Positions 60,152-64,000 of a DNA stretch of 64,000 nt are shown here, one piece after another. A model generated the notes under the pieces. The model had not been told where the DNA came from. It worked only from the letters and a program-made list of their open reading frames with translations, and made no database searches. The position numbers and the translations under genes were made by a program. This stretch comes from an uncultured delta proteobacterium (lineage in GTDB: Bacteria > Desulfobacterota > Binatia > DP-6), in the NCBI GenBank assembly GCA_963815115.1, contig CAWFFN010000005.1, positions 1,536,001-1,600,000 of the forward strand. Direction: 5' to 3'. Within the stretch, counting starts at the first letter, position 1; every line of letters starts with the position of its first letter.

Positions 60152-61204
60152 TCAGCCGAGCCAGGCCGGGTTCTGCGCGGTGCTGTCGAAGTGGTTGGTC
60201 GTTTTGAACAGCTCGTACGTCCCGTCGGCGGCCGGCTTGGCGGTGCGGGCGAGCAGGGCGTCGACCTGCGCCGACGTCATGGGCTCGAACGTTCTGACCG
60301 CCTCGATCGCCTGATCGAGGATCTCCATCCGATCGATCCCGGTGATCACGACCGACACCGGCAGGGTCATCGTGTAGTGCAGGCATTCGAGCGGCGTGAC
60401 GACGCCGCTCTTGAGGATGAACTTGTCGCCCATCGACTTCATGCCGAGCGGGCCGATCCCCTCCTCGAGGAGGACCGGGAGGACCTGGTGCCCGAAGCTC
60501 CGGAAGTGGGCATCCATCACGTTGAGCGGCATCTGGACGGTGTCGAATCGGGTCCCGTGCCGCTTCGCGATGTCCAGCATCCGGAGGTGCACGGACGGGT
60601 CCTTGTGGCCGGTGAATCCGATGTAGCGGACCTTTCCCGCCTTCTGGGCATCCCGCACCGCCTCCTGCGCGCCGTCGACGGCAAAGATCCGATCCGGGTC
60701 TTCGAGCCGGATCACCTCGTGGTGCTGCAGGAGATCGAGGCGATCGGTCTGCAGACGTCGCAGTGACTCGTCGATCTGCTTGGCCGCGGCCTCCTTGGTC
60801 CGGCCGTCGATCTTGGTCATCAGGAAGACCTTGTCGCGATAGCCGTCGCGCAGGGCCTTGCCCATGCGCATCTCGCTGGCGCCGCCGTTGTAGTCCCAGC
60901 TGTTGTCCATGAAGGTGACGCCCTGATCGATGGCGCGCCGGATGATCCGGATCGACTCCTCTTCGTCCTTGGATTGTCCGATGTGGTAGCCGCCGAGGCC
61001 GATGAGCGAGACCCGCTCGCCGGTGCGGCCGAGCGAGCGATAGAGCATGTCGCCCTTCCGCACGGTTGCCGGCGGGCGTCCTCCCGCCGGCTTCCTCGAC
61101 TCCGCAGCCCGGGCCTGGTCCAGCGGTCCGGCCCCGGCGATACCGGCCGCGATGCCGGCAATCGACGCACTCGCTGCGAGAAAGTCCCGTCGCGTCGTCG
61201 TCAT
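60152..61204 (-). CDS. Aldo/keto reductase with twin-arginine signal
   Basis: TRRDFL; YRSLGRTG.VS.IGLGG, DNSWDY, SE..MG, MTK, SLRRLQTD.LDL, YIGFTGH. Confidence 0.93.
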   Translation of the reverse strand: MTTTRRDFLAASASIAGIAAGIAGAGPLDQARAAESRKPAGGRPPATVRKGDMLYRSLGRTGERVSLIGLGGYHIGQSKDEEESIRIIRRAIDQGVTFMDNSWDYNGGASEMRMGKALRDGYRDKVFLMTKIDGRTKEAAAKQIDESLRRLQTDRLDLLQHHEVIRLEDPDRIFAVDGAQEAVRDAQKAGKVRYIGFTGHKDPSVHLRMLDIAKRHGTRFDTVQMPLNVMDAHFRSFGHQVLPVLLEEGIGPLGMKSMGDKFILKSGVVTPLECLHYTMTLPVSVVITGIDRMEILDQAIEAVRTFEPMTSAQVDALLARTAKPAADGTYELFKTTNHFDSTAQNPAWLG

Positions 61205-61332
61205 GATCGACCTCCGAGCCGGGCAGCGGGGTCCCACTCCCGGATCAGCTCTAGCCGATTCCGCGTGACCGTCCAGCCCGTATCGCCACGGCCGAATCTC
61301 TCGAACGGTGCTCGGCTGAGTCCGTCGGTGAA

Positions 61333-61362
61333 GGTAGCGGCCCGCTACCCGAGAAGTAGCAG
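61333..61362 (+). promoter_or_regulatory. Palindromic operator-like motif, copy D
   Basis: GGTAGCGGCCCGCTACC-CGAGA-AGTAGCAG, 81 nt upstream of 61444. Confidence 0.7.
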
Positions 61363-61443
61363 CCCAATCCCGAGGGCGAGGTGGCGGCGCATCGCGTCCA
61401 GTGGTGCGCGGCGAACCTGGCGAAACGACGAGGAGACTCGGGA

Positions 61444-63102
61444 ATGCGTGACATCGCGAACTACGTGCCGGGCCTGGCGGTGCTGCTGGGGATCGCGGTG
61501 CTGGGCGCCGGCTGCAACCAGGTCTTCGGGTTGGACGAGACCACGGAAAGTCCCCAACGTGCCTACACGTGCGACTGCGACTGCACGGGGGGCGGAAAGT
61601 CGTTCGACGTCCACAGCGCGGTCTGCTTCCCGGAGGACCTGAATCCGGCGCTCAATCCCGACCTTCCGTCCGACTTCGAGCCGCCGGCGGCGGCGCTGCA
61701 GGACGACTGCCACACGCGTGTCGAGCGCAACCTCGAGCAGATGGCCCGGCAATGCGTCGCGGACAGGATTCGCTGCTCGTGCGAAGCCACGGTCGGCCTG
61801 GTCGACAGCTTCTTCGACTGCGACACGCACTGCTTCGGGAACGACCTCGCCGCCGATTGCAGCAACTTCGATCCGCAGAACGGGAACGTGACGGCCACCA
61901 ACGTTCCCGGTGAGGAGCCGGTCTGCGTGACCTTCCAGACCGGAAGCATCGTACCGCCCCCGGCGCCGTTCGCCGCCGCGATCCTCGGGAGCACGAGCCA
62001 GTGCCAGGTCGACGGCGCCGTGACGGTCACCCGCGACGGCGACACCCGGACGCCGGCAGCCGGCGGCGTCGTCGAGTTCACCGGAACTCCGTGCCCCGGC
62101 GCGTCGTGCGCCGTCGGCGTGTCGTACCAGCTCGACCACGTCGACGACTTCTCGTTCTCGGGGTTCGCGGGCTTCGCGAGCGTCGAGTTCAAGGACATCA
62201 GCTCGGTCGGCGCGAGCGGCCCCGGGGCGGCGATCGTCGATGCCACGGGTGTCGGAGCCTTCGCGCCGGCGACCATGAGCAACACCGGAAGCGGGCGGCG
62301 GAGCAACCAGGTGCTCGGCGGGGAGGTCAGCAGCGACTCGGCCGCGTACACCGGCGTGAACGGCGCGCCCCTCGGCGTGGTCGTCGACTGGGCGAACCAC
62401 TCGTGCGCGCTGAGCGGCGCCCTCCTGGGATCGCTCGAGGATGCGGACACCGCGGTGGACGTGAACCTTGCGGGCACGATCCTCAACGAGCCCCCCACGG
62501 CCCGTGCCGGCGCCACGCCGCGGACGGTGGAATGCACGTCGCCCGCGGGCGCCGACGTCACGCTCGACGGCAGCGCAACCACCGACCCCGATGACAACAT
62601 CGCGCTGTTCGCCTGGCGCCGCGGCAACCGGGTCGGCCCGGAGGTGGGCGCCGACTCGATCGCGCACGTGACGCAGCCGCTCGGGGGGGCGCAGACCTAC
62701 CTCCTGACGGTCGTCGATACGCTGGGGCAGGCCTCGGCAGACGCGACGGCGGTCACCGTCGTCGACACCACCCCGCCGGCGGTGACGAGCGTGACCGCGT
62801 CGCCGTCGCGTCTCTGGCCGCCGAACCACAAGATGGTGCCGGTCACCGTCACGACCAGCGCGGCCGACGTGTGCGGCGCGGCGAGCTGCGAGATCGCCAG
62901 CGTCACGAGCAACGAGCCAGCGAACGGCCACGGCGACGGCAACACCGCGACCGACTGGGAGATCACCGGTCCGCGCACCGTCAACGTGCGGGCCGAGCGC
63001 TCGGGCGGAGGCGACGGCCGCGTCTACACGCTCACGGTGCGCTGCACCGATCCGACCGGCAATGCGTCGACGGGTACCACGACCGTCACCGTCGCCCACT
63101 AG
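61444..63102 (+). CDS. Cys-rich lipoprotein with PKD/HYR-like Ig domains
   Basis: GAGGAG RBS; lipobox LGAGC; Cys-rich N-domain; NEPPTA.AG, LDGS.T.DPD, DTTPP, LWPPNHKM, RAERSG.GDGRVY. Confidence 0.9.
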   Translation: MRDIANYVPGLAVLLGIAVLGAGCNQVFGLDETTESPQRAYTCDCDCTGGGKSFDVHSAVCFPEDLNPALNPDLPSDFEPPAAALQDDCHTRVERNLEQMARQCVADRIRCSCEATVGLVDSFFDCDTHCFGNDLAADCSNFDPQNGNVTATNVPGEEPVCVTFQTGSIVPPPAPFAAAILGSTSQCQVDGAVTVTRDGDTRTPAAGGVVEFTGTPCPGASCAVGVSYQLDHVDDFSFSGFAGFASVEFKDISSVGASGPGAAIVDATGVGAFAPATMSNTGSGRRSNQVLGGEVSSDSAAYTGVNGAPLGVVVDWANHSCALSGALLGSLEDADTAVDVNLAGTILNEPPTARAGATPRTVECTSPAGADVTLDGSATTDPDDNIALFAWRRGNRVGPEVGADSIAHVTQPLGGAQTYLLTVVDTLGQASADATAVTVVDTTPPAVTSVTASPSRLWPPNHKMVPVTVTTSAADVCGAASCEIASVTSNEPANGHGDGNTATDWEITGPRTVNVRAERSGGGDGRVYTLTVRCTDPTGNASTGTTTVTVAH

Positions 63103-63113
63103 GGAGAGCGGGA

Positions 63114-64000
63114 ATGAGCGACACGAGCAGGTACGTCGTCGTTCCGGCAGCCCTGCTGTGGCTCGCCGCGCTGAGCAGCGGCTGCGCCCAGCTGGCCGGG
63201 ATCGAGGAGACCACGTGCAGCGTCCGACACGCGTACGCGTGCAAGTGCGCCTGCCGTGGAGATGGACAGTCGTTCAGCCTCGACAGCAACGTCTGCGTGC
63301 CGGAGAGCCTGAATCCGACCCTCAATCCGGCCCTGCCTCCCGACTTCGTGCCCTCGTCCGACCAGCTTCGCGAGGACTGCGAGACGCGCGTCCAGAGCAA
63401 CCTCGAGGACATGGCGCAACAGTGCGTCTCGAACCGGATCACCTGCTCGTGCGCCGGCATCGCCGAGCTGACCACCAGCTGCAACGCGTGCGATTCGCAC
63501 TGCGTCGGCGAGGACCTCGCCCCCGATTGCAGCAACTTCGATCCCCAGGCCGGGGACGTGACGGCCACCAACTTCCCGGGGGACGAGCCGGTGTGCGTGG
63601 TCGGCGCGCCCGGCAGCGCGCTGCCGCCGGCGCCATTCGCATCGGCGATCTTCGGGCACACCAGCGAGTGCCAGCTCGACGGCGGCGTGAGCGTCACCCG
63701 TGACGGCGAGACCGAGACCCCCGCGGCCAGTGGCGTTGCCGAGTTCACGGGGACGCCGTGCCCCGGGGCGTCGTGCGCCGTCGGCGTGTCGTACAGCCTC
63801 GACCACGTCGACAACTTCTCGTTCGACGGGTTCGGGGGGTTTGCCAGCGTCGAGTTCAAGGACATCACTGCGGCCGGCACCAGCGCACCCGGGACGGCAG
63901 TCGTCGACGCCTCGGGCGTCGGAGCGCTGCCGGTTGCGACCACGAGCAACAACGGCGCCGGGCGCCGCAGCAACCAGGTCCTGGGTGGCGAGGTCAGCAG
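63114..64000 (+). CDS. Tandem paralog of the upstream lipoprotein (runs off the window)
   Basis: MSDTSRYVVVPAALLWLAALSSGC lipobox; collinear with 61444 (AYxCxCxC, LNP.LNP.LP.DF, CSNFDPQ, EFTGTPCPGASCAVGVSY, GRRSNQVLGGEVS). Confidence 0.9.
   Translation, partial: MSDTSRYVVVPAALLWLAALSSGCAQLAGIEETTCSVRHAYACKCACRGDGQSFSLDSNVCVPESLNPTLNPALPPDFVPSSDQLREDCETRVQSNLEDMAQQCVSNRITCSCAGIAELTTSCNACDSHCVGEDLAPDCSNFDPQAGDVTATNFPGDEPVCVVGAPGSALPPAPFASAIFGHTSECQLDGGVSVTRDGETETPAASGVAEFTGTPCPGASCAVGVSYSLDHVDNFSFDGFGGFASVEFKDITAAGTSAPGTAVVDASGVGALPVATTSNNGAGRRSNQVLGGEVS

Noticed and set aside
60152-61204. Tat-exported NAD(P)H-dependent reductase as an anomaly
   Set aside because: Tat-signal aldo/keto reductases are a widespread known subfamily

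Overview
High-GC bacterial chromosomal window. Gene style and content (alkB, several GSTs, many Cys-rich exported proteins with basic C-termini) suggest Candidatus Binatia; this is an inference, not a search result. Housekeeping genes (DEAD-box helicase, class II aldolase, valS, glnS, ilvBN with a Val-rich attenuator) are mixed with many exported or surface proteins: FG-GAP, collagen-like, heme peroxidase, DUF11 adhesin, integrin-beta-like vWA, beta-helix proteins and tandem lipoproteins. There is one intact IS1380 and two internally deleted relatives, plus several gene fragments. Four single-base frameshifts fall in C/G runs and look like sequencing errors. Best novel signals: (1) a ~30-bp motif of three half-sites at 11-bp spacing (GGTAGCGGCCCGCTACC-N5-RGTAGC) lying in the same orientation 73-124 nt upstream of four unrelated exported-protein genes; (2) a ~100-aa six-Cys, Lys/Arg-rich C-terminal domain after a poly-Thr linker, shared by two unrelated secreted proteins, a candidate sorting or anchoring signal; (3) a non-canonical class III nucleotidyl cyclase fused to tandem cNMP-binding domains; (4) a duplicated glnS 3' end bracketing a ~1.5-kb insert; (5) an apparently foreign valS next to the IS. 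No rRNA, tRNA or CRISPR array was seen.
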